NCBI GenBank assembly: GCA_023261845.1
Contig: JALNJZ010000002.1
Coordinates: 1-64,000, forward strand
Direction of reading: 5' to 3'
Length of the DNA: 64,000 bases
DNA from: Candidatus Terraquivivens tengchongensis
Lineage (GTDB): Archaea; Thermoproteota; Nitrososphaeria_A; Caldarchaeales; Wolframiiraptoraceae
Shown here: piece after piece, positions 10,510 to 19,915 of the stretch
How positions within the stretch are numbered: the stretch's first letter is position 1
How the letters are laid out: each line of letters opens with the position of its first letter
The notes under the pieces: generated by a model
What the model saw: the letters and a program-made list of their open reading frames with translations, nothing else
The model's database searches: none
Told to the model about the DNA's origin: nothing
Translations under genes and position numbers: made by a program

Positions 10510-11020
10510 CCTTTCGCCATACTTTTGAGTTGTCAAGGTTCATGAGCTCTTCTATAACACCTTCATTAGACATGAGTAGCGTCAATTCATCATACTTGCC
10601 GTCTATCTCGTTAACACAGGCATCTGGAAAAGACAGGTCTATGGGTATTCTAGTCTTCCAGTAATAGCCATCCTTTACGTTAAGTCTCGTAAAAGTTCCA
10701 ACAAGGTTCTTTTTTAGGGGGAAGTTGAGTACGTTTATTATGAATTCAACAAAACAAATTCTGTACGCTTTTTCGTAAACATCTCCATAAAACGTATTAA
10801 AATAAACGTATAACGGACTGTCTCTAGAATAAGTTTCCCATGTTGTGAATTGCGTATATAAAGGGATCCAGCCTTCGTCCCTTAGCACCATATCCTCAAA
10901 ACTTTGCGGTCTTTTCCAATTACTAACCATGAAACCCCTTTCTTCTAAAGCAGGTATCACATAACGGTGGAGGATGCCTTGCCTGAGCATCTCTATCCTT
11001 TCCTTTAAACTAATTGGCAT
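10502..11020 (-). CDS. Hypothetical protein
   Basis: 172-aa ORF with ATG start filling the gap; no family recognised. Confidence 0.6.
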   Translation of the reverse strand: MPISLKERIEMLRQGILHRYVIPALEERGFMVSNWKRPQSFEDMVLRDEGWIPLYTQFTTWETYSRDSPLYVYFNTFYGDVYEKAYRICFVEFIINVLNFPLKKNLVGTFTRLNVKDGYYWKTRIPIDLSFPDACVNEIDGKYDELTLLMSNEGVIEELMNLDNSKVWRKVI

Positions 11021-11215
11021 ACCATCGATCTCTCCTAAGCTTCAATAATGTTCAGCCTTCCGTCTGCCCTTTATACTAGCCTAAAAAAGTGGTTAACGGG
11101 AGGTAAAAACATTTACTTTGTAGGAGAGCCCTCATGAACGTAAAAACAAGGGCAGGTTTGAGTCTGGTTAACATTTTATACAACCATAAACATTCAATAC
11201 AATGAAGGTGGGACC

Positions 11216-11494
11216 ATGCCGTTCAAGCGTAAGAGCAGGGGTAGGGCTAAAGGCGCAAAAGGCAAAGAACCGATGGTGCAATGCGACAACTGTGGTGCTT
11301 ATGTACCTAGGAGTAAGATTCAGAGAATTACGAAGAGGGTCTCGCTCGTAGGCAAAGATCTTGCGAAGGAGTTAAAGCAACAAGGTGCGTACCTTGCCGA
11401 GAACGTAATAACAAAGAATCTTTGCATTAGTTGTGCGATACATTACGGTGTCCTGAAGGTAAGGGCAAGAGAAGAGAGAAAAGTCGCACATTAA
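11216..11494 (+). CDS. rps26e: 30S ribosomal protein S26e
   Basis: MPFKRKSRGRAKG, CDNC...CISCAIHYG zinc finger. Confidence 0.95.
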   Translation: MPFKRKSRGRAKGAKGKEPMVQCDNCGAYVPRSKIQRITKRVSLVGKDLAKELKQQGAYLAENVITKNLCISCAIHYGVLKVRAREERKVAH

Positions 11495-11601
11495 ACCAAT
11501 ATATTTGTATGTAAGAACGAAAACTGTGTGGAAAATTTCATAAAATATGGAAAAAGTTTTTTAGATAGTCTCACCTTGCTTAAAGACTGGGTAGATTTTC
11601 T

Positions 11602-12564
11602 ATGCTATCAAGGGCAAAAATGTCACTTATACAACTGAGGCTCGCGATGTTGGGTACGCTGGCGGCTATAATCGGTTCAGCAACGCTTGTTCTGATGGTG
11701 ATTTTAAGTTGGCTTGGGGCCTCGCTTAGCATATATACAATAGTCGGCATAGTGGTTGCGTTCCACATACTGCAGTGGTTGATCGCACCCTACATTATTA
11801 ACGCCATATATAGGGTCAGACCTATTAAACCGCACGAATACCCTTGGCTTCATGAAGCCGTATCGAGAATCTCGGCGACAAGTGGGCTTAATGCTAAGCC
11901 GAGGCTTATGCTGGCAGAGATAGATTTACCCAATGCCTTCGCTTACGGTAACCCGATTACAGGCAACTTCGTAGCAGTTACTAGAGGTCTCTTATCTACA
12001 CTGCCTCGCGAAGAAGTCGAGGCAGTCATTGGACACGAGGTGGGTCATATAAAGCATAAAGACGTCATGTTCATGATGGTAATAAGCATAATACCCGCGC
12101 TCATATATTATCTTGGACACATACTTTACTACTCTGGTTGGCTCGGCAACATGTCTAGGGATCAAAGAGGGGGTGGCGGTGCACTATTGGTGCTCATCGG
12201 ATTGGGTCTAATGGTTCTGAGCTTCATCTTCAACCTCTTCGTATTCTACTTTAGCAGGTTAAGGGAGTACTATGCTGACTCACATGCCGCGATTTACGTG
12301 CAGAACGGTGCAAAGAATCTCCAAAGGGGCCTAGTCAGAATAATGAGTGCTTCAAAGAAGATTCGTAAGGAAAAAATCGCCTCTTACACCCAAATGAAAG
12401 CACTATTCATCACAGACCCTGAGGTTACCATTAGAGGTTATGATGATATAGACTCCCTTGTAGAAAGAATTAAAGCAGAAAAACCGAGCATTTTGATGGA
12501 ACTATTTAGCACTCATCCGCACCCTGCCAAGAGGCTCCGTCATCTGGATGCTTACATAGCCTGA
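11602..12564 (+). CDS. htpX: Zinc metalloprotease HtpX (M48)
   Basis: PNAFAYG, HEVGH, SRLREYYAD, FSTHP. Confidence 0.93.
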   Translation: MLSRAKMSLIQLRLAMLGTLAAIIGSATLVLMVILSWLGASLSIYTIVGIVVAFHILQWLIAPYIINAIYRVRPIKPHEYPWLHEAVSRISATSGLNAKPRLMLAEIDLPNAFAYGNPITGNFVAVTRGLLSTLPREEVEAVIGHEVGHIKHKDVMFMMVISIIPALIYYLGHILYYSGWLGNMSRDQRGGGGALLVLIGLGLMVLSFIFNLFVFYFSRLREYYADSHAAIYVQNGAKNLQRGLVRIMSASKKIRKEKIASYTQMKALFITDPEVTIRGYDDIDSLVERIKAEKPSILMELFSTHPHPAKRLRHLDAYIA

Positions 12565-12566
12565 GG

Positions 12567-14006
12567 TCAGTAGGCTTTAGCAACATAGACGACTTCTTGG
12601 GCCTTTTCACCGCAGACTATACAATTTCTTTGCGGTACTTCTACGATGTCAAACCTACTGCCCCTTATCTCGCCGCCGGCATGCTCTTTGAGCTTCAGGG
12701 CACAATCCTCCTTGCCGCACCATTCAATCCTTGCTATCTTTCTTTCTGATAAAGCCTTTTTTACCTCGTCCGGGCTGTAGGCGTCAACCACCATCTGCTC
12801 CATTATTCTGGCGCTCCTTTCCTTCAACGATGTGAAAATTTTTGTCATGAGTTCTTCAACGCGCATCTCAACATCGTTTAGATCTGCTTCGGTTCTTTCT
12901 AACGTATCCCTCCTAAAGAGCGTAACCTTACTGCTCGAAACCTCTTTTGGTCCTATCTCAACCCTCACCGGCACACCAAACATTTCCCAATGGTAAAATT
13001 TTTCGCCAGGCGTAACATCCTCTCTGTCGTCCAACACGCATCTGTATATTCGTTTTAATCTCTCATGGATTTTTTTGCAATATGACGTTATGAGCTCTTC
13101 GTATCCTTTGAACGGTATAGGCACTATAACTACTTGAACTGGTGCGATGCTAGGAGGAAATACACAACCCCTATCATCACCATGTTGCGCAATAACGGCA
13201 GCCAGAACTCTGCTGAGGCCGAAGCCATAGCAGAGTTGATACACTAAAGCCCTACTACCATCCTTCTGCTCAAACTCTATCTCGAATACCTTTGAGAAAT
13301 TTCTACCAAGGTTGTGAACCGTAGCCACCTGATTGACCCTACCATCCGGATTCCAAGCATCAAAGGCTATCGAGTACTTTGCACCAGCAAATTTATCGAA
13401 ATCCGGTCTCTTCAGTAGAAGATAGCTTATGCCAAGCTCCTTAAGAACTTTAGAGTATATTTCTATTGCCTCCCTTACTTGCTCCTCGGCATCTGCAGCA
13501 GTAGCATGTGCCGTGTGTGCTTCGTTCCACGGAAATTCCCTTGCCCTATACAAGGGTCGCGTTGCTTTTGTTTCATACCTGTAAACATTTACTGTTTGGT
13601 GAACTTTAAATGGAAGGTCTGCATGCGACCGTATCCATAATTTAAACATGGGGTACATTATTGTCTCGGATGTAGGACGTATTATCAACTTCTTCTCTAA
13701 CGGCTTATTGCCAGCTTTCTCTATGACAAAAACTTCAGAAAGGAAGCCCTTTATGTGTTCCGCCTCTTTGGCAAAAAGCTCATCGGTAGTTACGAGAGGG
13801 AACATCATGGTCTTATGTCCGGTCTCGACAAGGAGCTCTTCCAACCTCCTCCTTATCATTTCAAGGATGAACATGCCGTTCTCAAGATAAACTATAAAGC
13901 CCTTGACCGGGAACCTACTATCGACTATTCTTGCCTGAAATATCAGCTCATCAAACCAGCTGCTAAAGTTTGTGAACTTATTAATTGCACTCGCTATGAC
14001 GGACAT
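12567..14006 (-). CDS. proS: Proline--tRNA ligase (archaeal/eukaryotic type)
   Basis: KEAEHIKGF, RPTSET, YRYETK, PGEKFYHWE, C-terminal Zn site. Confidence 0.95.
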   Translation of the reverse strand: MSVIASAINKFTNFSSWFDELIFQARIVDSRFPVKGFIVYLENGMFILEMIRRRLEELLVETGHKTMMFPLVTTDELFAKEAEHIKGFLSEVFVIEKAGNKPLEKKLIIRPTSETIMYPMFKLWIRSHADLPFKVHQTVNVYRYETKATRPLYRAREFPWNEAHTAHATAADAEEQVREAIEIYSKVLKELGISYLLLKRPDFDKFAGAKYSIAFDAWNPDGRVNQVATVHNLGRNFSKVFEIEFEQKDGSRALVYQLCYGFGLSRVLAAVIAQHGDDRGCVFPPSIAPVQVVIVPIPFKGYEELITSYCKKIHERLKRIYRCVLDDREDVTPGEKFYHWEMFGVPVRVEIGPKEVSSSKVTLFRRDTLERTEADLNDVEMRVEELMTKIFTSLKERSARIMEQMVVDAYSPDEVKKALSERKIARIEWCGKEDCALKLKEHAGGEIRGSRFDIVEVPQRNCIVCGEKAQEVVYVAKAY

Positions 14007-14084
14007 ATCATCTTCCTCCAGCCCTAAACCTATGCATGAGGGTTAAGGATTTTAAAATCCTTTAACCTATAAAGCTAGCGGTTT

Positions 14085-14465
14085 ATGAAGAAGGTAGTAC
14101 TTAAAAATGACGTCCTGGTAGCCCTTTTAGAGATTTCTAAACACCTTCATCCAAAGGAGGCCATAGTCCTCCTTCGGGGGAAGGAGACTAAGCAGGATAT
14201 AGTCCTAGAGGAGGTCCTCCTAGCACCCGGGTCGGTGTATGGCAAGGGGTTTTCTGAATTTCGTCTAGACATGTTGCCCATGGACTTCTCCATAATCGGT
14301 GTAGCCCATTCCCACCCATCAGGAATACCCATACCTTCAGTCGAGGACCTTAACAACATGATAGGCAGAGTGCTGGTTATAGTTGTGGCACCATATCTAA
14401 GCGAAAAACACATTGTCGCGTACAACAGCAAGGGCGAGCCTATGCAAGTGATTGTAGAGCGTTAG
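14085..14465 (+). CDS. JAB/MPN+ (JAMM) metalloprotease
   Basis: E...HSHPSGIPIPSVED JAMM motif. Confidence 0.85.
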   Translation: MKKVVLKNDVLVALLEISKHLHPKEAIVLLRGKETKQDIVLEEVLLAPGSVYGKGFSEFRLDMLPMDFSIIGVAHSHPSGIPIPSVEDLNNMIGRVLVIVVAPYLSEKHIVAYNSKGEPMQVIVER

Positions 14466-15166
14466 CGAGAGCTAAGCACCGCTTCGGCCATCTCTTTTAT
14501 TACAGCCCTTGGGTCCTTTGCCTTTACGACGCCGCTAGCTAATAAGACACCATCGGAGCCCAATTCGATTGCCCTACGGACGTCGTCTCCCCTAGTTATA
14601 CCGGCTCCGCAGAGGATTTTTATCTCCCTATTTATGCTACGTATTCGTTGAACGCTTTCCGATACTATCTCAGGTCTTGCTTTCGAGACAGGTATACCGG
14701 TTCCAATCAGTTCAGGGGGTTCAACCGCAAGCATCGTCGGGCTTAATGCGGCAACGGCCATGGCAGGCTCGACATCTTCGGCGCATACTAAAGAAAACAT
14801 GCCAGCATTTTTTAGCATCTTTACAGCGGCAAATATGCTTGCTAACTGTAGCTTCTTTTCAGAATGATTAAGGATCGAACCAATTGCGCCTGCGTCCTTG
14901 ATAGCTTCGACGGATATCGAGCCAGTGTAACTACCTGGCGGGTATGGGTCAACATGCTGAGCAAAGACCGGGATGCTGACCGCATTGGCTATGCTTTTGA
15001 TGTCTGTAAACTGTGGCGCTACGCATATGCATACGCCAGTTTCATTGGAAACACTTTCTGCATCCTTCGCGATCCTCATACCCCTATCGCCCAACGACTC
15101 GAGGTATGTTTTGAAATTGATGACTATTATCGGAAAGTCTAGCAGTTTTGGCAAGTTCTTCGCCAC
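14462..15166 (-). CDS. tpiA: Triosephosphate isomerase, archaeal type
   Basis: INFKTY, NHSE, EPPELIGTG, GAGI, LLASGVVKA. Confidence 0.96.
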   Translation of the reverse strand: MAKNLPKLLDFPIIVINFKTYLESLGDRGMRIAKDAESVSNETGVCICVAPQFTDIKSIANAVSIPVFAQHVDPYPPGSYTGSISVEAIKDAGAIGSILNHSEKKLQLASIFAAVKMLKNAGMFSLVCAEDVEPAMAVAALSPTMLAVEPPELIGTGIPVSKARPEIVSESVQRIRSINREIKILCGAGITRGDDVRRAIELGSDGVLLASGVVKAKDPRAVIKEMAEAVLSSR

Positions 15167-15268
15167 AAGCGTACGATCGTTATCAATACTTATACTTTTA
15201 CGATACTCTCACGTCAGACCAGTAAACGATAAAAGCACGCTTAACTTCTTAGATTGTGAGGCTGCACA

Positions 15269-15988
15269 GTGATTGAGATAAATGCAAATACTCAGAAGAC
15301 ATTTGGTGAAATAACGGAGACTTGGAACCCAGTCATAGGATGCAACCATCAGTGCGCCTATTGCTGGGCTGTAAGATTGGCAAGGAAGCTTGCGTCAATG
15401 GGTGTAGAACCCTACTCAAGCAACGGATTTAGACCCACGCTCCTTCCTCAAAGGCTTAACAAGCGGTTTAGGAGGGGTTCCACGGTATTCGTGTGCGATA
15501 TGGGTGATCTTTTCGGTGATTGGGTTCCAGAAGAATGGATACGGAGCATCATAGATGTGGTTAGAGGGCAGCCGCATGTACGCTTTATGTTTCTTACAAA
15601 GAATCCTAATCGGTACTTACGGTTTGGGAACGAGTTTCCAATGAACGTTGTACTCGCTGCGACTATAGAATCTAACCGCGACTACGGACTATCACGGGCT
15701 CCAAAACCTTCCGAAAGGATCGAGGCCATGAAGGCACTGAAGCATCCATACAAGGGAGTGGTCGTGGAACCCATTATAGATTTTGATGATTATTTTATAC
15801 GGGCTTTGATGGACATAAGGCCGATTTTCGTGTATGTTGGATACGACAACTATGGATGCAGGCTTCCGGAGCCTCCGCTCAGCAAAACCATGATTCTTAT
15901 GGCGACGTTGCGGGAATTTACTGATGTAAGGACGGGTACGTTAAGGATGGCACGGTATGAGTTCCGGGACCGTGACTCATTTAGATAA
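15269..15988 (+). CDS. DUF5131 (phage Gp37/Gp68) family radical-SAM-like protein
   Basis: TWNPVIGCNHQCAYCWA (CxxxCxxC), FVCDMGDLF, LTKNP. Confidence 0.8.
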   Translation: MIEINANTQKTFGEITETWNPVIGCNHQCAYCWAVRLARKLASMGVEPYSSNGFRPTLLPQRLNKRFRRGSTVFVCDMGDLFGDWVPEEWIRSIIDVVRGQPHVRFMFLTKNPNRYLRFGNEFPMNVVLAATIESNRDYGLSRAPKPSERIEAMKALKHPYKGVVVEPIIDFDDYFIRALMDIRPIFVYVGYDNYGCRLPEPPLSKTMILMATLREFTDVRTGTLRMARYEFRDRDSFR

Positions 15989-15999
15989 CCTTTTTAATC

Positions 16000-16590
16000 T
16001 TGATGCGAAGGTTATTACTGATGCAACGTTCGCAGAGGAGGGGAGCCGGACCGAGGGTCTGTTTCCTCGACGTTGAGGCCACATCACTAGAGGCGGACGT
16101 AGGGACGATTGTCGGAGCTGGCATCATGGAAGATGATGGAAAGTTCAGCTACATATCTGTGGACAGACCGGAGCTAGAGAAGAATAAGTTGGAGGATCTG
16201 TTGAAAAAGCTCGAGCAATACCATATAGTGATCACTTGGAATGGGAAGAGCTTTGACATACCGTTTCTTATATCAAGGGCGATAAAGCATAACTTAAAAG
16301 CAGAATCTCTACTCTCTATTTACCATCTCGACATGGCAGAGCTCGTCAGGAACAACCTCAAGCTCAGCAGGACGGACCTATTCCATGTGTCAAAATTTCT
16401 CGGAATAAAGAAGGATGTTAAGACATTGGGTCAGGATGTTCCCACACTTTATGTTAAGGCTATGAAGGGCGATAAAGTGGCACTCAGGATTATAAAGAAT
16501 CACTGCAAGGATGACCTGAACGTCCTTCGCCTGGTATTCTCAAAGCTCAGACCGCTGGTTAAGGCACTCAAGCCAGAATTACCGATATGA
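16000..16590 (+). CDS. RNase H-like DEDD 3'-5' exonuclease (YprB/RNase_H_2 family)
   Basis: FLDVEAT, TWNGKSFDIPFL, HCKDD; true start may be ATG 16021. Confidence 0.8.
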   Translation: MMRRLLLMQRSQRRGAGPRVCFLDVEATSLEADVGTIVGAGIMEDDGKFSYISVDRPELEKNKLEDLLKKLEQYHIVITWNGKSFDIPFLISRAIKHNLKAESLLSIYHLDMAELVRNNLKLSRTDLFHVSKFLGIKKDVKTLGQDVPTLYVKAMKGDKVALRIIKNHCKDDLNVLRLVFSKLRPLVKALKPELPI

Positions 16591-16594
16591 TGCC

Positions 16595-16786
16595 CTAGTC
16601 TACTTCTATGCCATGCTTTTTCAAGGCAGCCTTTATCCTTATGATTTCGGCCTTAAGTGCTTGAACTTCCTTTATGAGTAACTCAATATCTGATGAAAGT
16701 ACTGGTCTTGGTTGAATTTGTCCAAACACAGGCACATCCCCGAGTCTTTCACGCAACATGTCCTCGGGTCTTCTTATTCCACTCAT
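16595..16786 (-). CDS. Small hypothetical coiled-coil protein
   Basis: 63-aa ORF with heptad-like C-terminus. Confidence 0.5.
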   Translation of the reverse strand: MSGIRRPEDMLRERLGDVPVFGQIQPRPVLSSDIELLIKEVQALKAEIIRIKAALKKHGIEVD

Positions 16787-16879
16787 ACCATACCATACCT
16801 TTTGGCGGAGGATTATATGTGTTTAACAATGCTTGGTAAGCTTTTTATCGGATTTAAACGTGAATACATAGGAGGCGAG

Positions 16880-18313
16880 TTGCAGAAACCCGAGGACTTG
16901 GAAGTCTACCTCTATTCATACGGGCCTAGGAGCGAGGTGTTAATAGATCAAAGAAAATTAATTTTGGAGCCGGATGTTTTTATCGCGTTAGAGGGCACTG
17001 GGACTTTTGAAGGAATATCGCTTGAGGAAAGGTTGAAAAACTTTCTTGAGAAGGGAAAGGATCTAGAAAAGTTCGCTTCGAAGATGCATAGTGAATCAAC
17101 AAGAAGGGGCCATGCATCGCTATCAACCAGCGTTTCCATTCAATTCGAGGTTAAGGGATGCAGCAGGATAGGTTCCATGCTACTCGTAGCGTCACGTTTT
17201 GGCTCTTATCTCCAGGAATCGCAGAGAAGGAAAAAGGTTGATCCATCCTACTTTTTATGTCCTGAAGAGTTAAACGTAAAGGGCTTAAGCGACACGTATC
17301 AACATTCTGCTAAAGCATGCTTTGATGTTTATTCACAGCTTTGTGATGAAGGAATACCGATTGAGGATGCACGTTATGTTTTACCGCTTGGTGTCAAGAC
17401 ATCTCTCTTCGTCAGCACAACCCTTGAATCTATGATTCCATTAATCAGGCTCGGTCTTGAGGCAAAATCGTCCAAATTCATACCAAACGAGGTTGCAGTT
17501 CTCGCGAACAAGATAAGCAATATGCTCGAGAAAGTATCTCCAGCACTCTTTAGGGCAAGAATGAAATTTAATGGCGAATCAGTTGCGTACCCTTTGTCGA
17601 ACCCATTTAAGGATGAGGACATGATTACTAAGATCGCTGCAGAGAATGGCTTACCATCTGAGCCCAAGCTGCTCGACTTTAGAATAATAGGAGGCGAGAA
17701 TGTTCTTTCGTACGTAAGTGGTCGCATAACGACGGAAAGCTTGGGACAGCTCAGCCATCTAGTGTATGCGAGTATGCTAGAGCCTATGTCACTTGTGTCA
17801 TACCATCAAGCAATCAGGCACAGAACCGTGCCTACGGTTGTCGAGTCCATATACGCGGCCGTGCACAGGGCTTCAAGGGACGTCGAGAAATGGACAGCAG
17901 TTCCACCGACCATCAATAGGAATTCCAGCTTGCGAAAGCAATTCTTAGATGTTATCAGCATGGCGTTACAGACTTATGCCGAGCTTATCGCTTTAGGCGC
18001 TTCACCTGCGTCTGCCGTATACATCGTTCCCCAAGCCGTAAAGATCTATGTTGTTAGAATATACGATGGTTTTAACCTTCTTTACCCTATCGGGTTTGTT
18101 GCAACAAGGACGTGCAGTTACGCCCAGCACGAGGAAAGGGGTATAGCATACAAGCTTTGGTTTGCTGTATCAAAAACTAATGAGCTCATAGGTTCGATGA
18201 TGGGCGAGAAGTGCAAGCTTCTAGGTTACTGTCCAGAAAAGGATTGGTGTCCTATTATCTTAAAATATCGAGAGTATAACGACGAGATTCATCAAAAGTT
18301 TTCTAACATTTAA
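16880..18313 (+). CDS. thyX: FAD-dependent thymidylate synthase, tandem-domain archaeal form
   Basis: RRGHASL, SYLQESQRR, EDARYVLP, second-domain HQAIRHR; TTG start at 16880 behind GGAGG (ORF track starts 16712). Confidence 0.8.
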   Translation: MQKPEDLEVYLYSYGPRSEVLIDQRKLILEPDVFIALEGTGTFEGISLEERLKNFLEKGKDLEKFASKMHSESTRRGHASLSTSVSIQFEVKGCSRIGSMLLVASRFGSYLQESQRRKKVDPSYFLCPEELNVKGLSDTYQHSAKACFDVYSQLCDEGIPIEDARYVLPLGVKTSLFVSTTLESMIPLIRLGLEAKSSKFIPNEVAVLANKISNMLEKVSPALFRARMKFNGESVAYPLSNPFKDEDMITKIAAENGLPSEPKLLDFRIIGGENVLSYVSGRITTESLGQLSHLVYASMLEPMSLVSYHQAIRHRTVPTVVESIYAAVHRASRDVEKWTAVPPTINRNSSLRKQFLDVISMALQTYAELIALGASPASAVYIVPQAVKIYVVRIYDGFNLLYPIGFVATRTCSYAQHEERGIAYKLWFAVSKTNELIGSMMGEKCKLLGYCPEKDWCPIILKYREYNDEIHQKFSNI

Positions 18314-18364
18314 TAGAAGATGATAAATACTTCCACGTACATTTAAGAAACGTGGTGATGTAAT

Positions 18365-19489
18365 CTGCCAAAGGTAACGGTATCGGTTATAAAAGCTGAC
18401 GTTGGGAGTGTCGTGGGTCACTACAAGCCACATACTGCCATGATAGAGTATGCACAACGAAAGCTCCTTAATGCGGAAGAAGAGGGGCTAATAAACAGCG
18501 GCTACGCAACCCATTGTGGTGATGACATAATACTCGTTATGACCCACAATAAGGGTCCGAACAATCCAAAGATACACGGTCTCGCATGGGATACGTTCCG
18601 TGAGGTAACCGAAAAGATCTCGAGGCCCATGAAATTATACGCTGCAGGACAAGACCTTTTGAGCGACGCTTTCAGCGGTAACATTAAAGGCCTAGGTCCA
18701 GGGGTTGCAGAGATGGAGTTCGAAGAGAGGAAGTCAGAGCCCATAATAGTCTTCGCCGCAGATAAGACAGAGCCCGGTGCTTGGAACATACCGTTGTACA
18801 GGATATTCGCATCACCAGACAATACGGCAGGTTTGGTTATTGACCCAAGCATGCATGGCGGGTTCATCTTTGAGGTGCTGGACCTCATCGAGTCAAAGTC
18901 TGTCGAGTTAAAGACGCCAGAAGAGTTGTACGATTTGATCGGTTTGATCGGAACAACGAACCATTATGTTATCGCGAAGGTTTTAAGAGCAAACGATAGA
19001 GAACCTGCGGCAGCTACCAGTACGACAAAACTAAGCCTCATAGCCGGGAGGTACGTGGGTAAGGATGATCCCGTTATGATAGTCAGGTGTCAAGCAGGAT
19101 TACCTGCCGTCGGCGAAGTGCTCAGCGCCTTTGCGGTTCCGACGCTTGTGAGCGGTTGGATGCGCGGCTCGCATATAGGACCGCTCATGCCAGTATCGTT
19201 CAAGAAAGGACAGAACGTAGTATCGTATTTTGACGGGCCACCTAGAGTGATAGCCATGGGTTGGCAAATCTCTAACGGAAAGCTCGTTGGAGTTGACGGA
19301 AAAGAACCGGCAGACCTATTTGAAGATCCATTCTTTGACTACTCACGAAGGTTTGCGTCAGAGATCGCTATTTATCTCAGGACGATGGGCGAATTCCAAC
19401 CATCAAGGCTCCAAGAATCTGAGATGGAGTACACGACGTTGCCATCAATCTTAGAGAAACTAAAGTCGAGGTTCAGGCCGGTGGAATAG
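18365..19489 (+). CDS. fbp: Fructose-1,6-bisphosphate aldolase/phosphatase; probable CTG start
   Basis: KADVGS..GH, YAAGQDLL, DKTEPGAWN, YVGKDDP, GWMRGSH, MEYTT; conserved N-terminus lies upstream of the ORF-track start 18413. Confidence 0.93.
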   Translation: MPKVTVSVIKADVGSVVGHYKPHTAMIEYAQRKLLNAEEEGLINSGYATHCGDDIILVMTHNKGPNNPKIHGLAWDTFREVTEKISRPMKLYAAGQDLLSDAFSGNIKGLGPGVAEMEFEERKSEPIIVFAADKTEPGAWNIPLYRIFASPDNTAGLVIDPSMHGGFIFEVLDLIESKSVELKTPEELYDLIGLIGTTNHYVIAKVLRANDREPAAATSTTKLSLIAGRYVGKDDPVMIVRCQAGLPAVGEVLSAFAVPTLVSGWMRGSHIGPLMPVSFKKGQNVVSYFDGPPRVIAMGWQISNGKLVGVDGKEPADLFEDPFFDYSRRFASEIAIYLRTMGEFQPSRLQESEMEYTTLPSILEKLKSRFRPVE

Positions 19490-19630
19490 TTTAGAAAGCT
19501 GACCACTAACGATTCTGACTAAACATCCCTAAGAGTCTCATCTAACGGATTAAATGAAAAAATACTAGGGATATAACCGACTAACTTTTTGGACTTTTAT
19601 GACGGGATTGTCGAGGCATTGGTTTATCGC

Positions 19631-19807
19631 TCAGAAGTCTTCTTTTATCAGCGTCTTGCGACCGTTAGCCTGGCATCTTTCAACCGCCTTTTTGATTATT
19701 TCTCTGACTATCTGGTCAAGTCCTTCGAGAGCGTCTGATGCGAGCCTTATGCCCTCCGGTAGTAGTTGCCTTACTTTTGATTCAACTATTACGAGTTCTC
19801 TAGCCAT
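19631..19807 (-). CDS. Short histone-fold protein (face-to-face/bacterial-type histone-like)
   Basis: LVIVESKVR...AVERCQANGRKTLIKEDF with RxTxxxxD motif; 58 aa. Confidence 0.8.
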   Translation of the reverse strand: MARELVIVESKVRQLLPEGIRLASDALEGLDQIVREIIKKAVERCQANGRKTLIKEDF

Positions 19808-19915
19808 TTCCACTCGATAATGCTGATTCAGAGGCAGTAAAAGAGCGTTTCTCAGCCCAAAGCCCCCGTATTACGTTTGGTAATATACGCCACAGGTTAT
19901 GGGTATTACGTTTTG

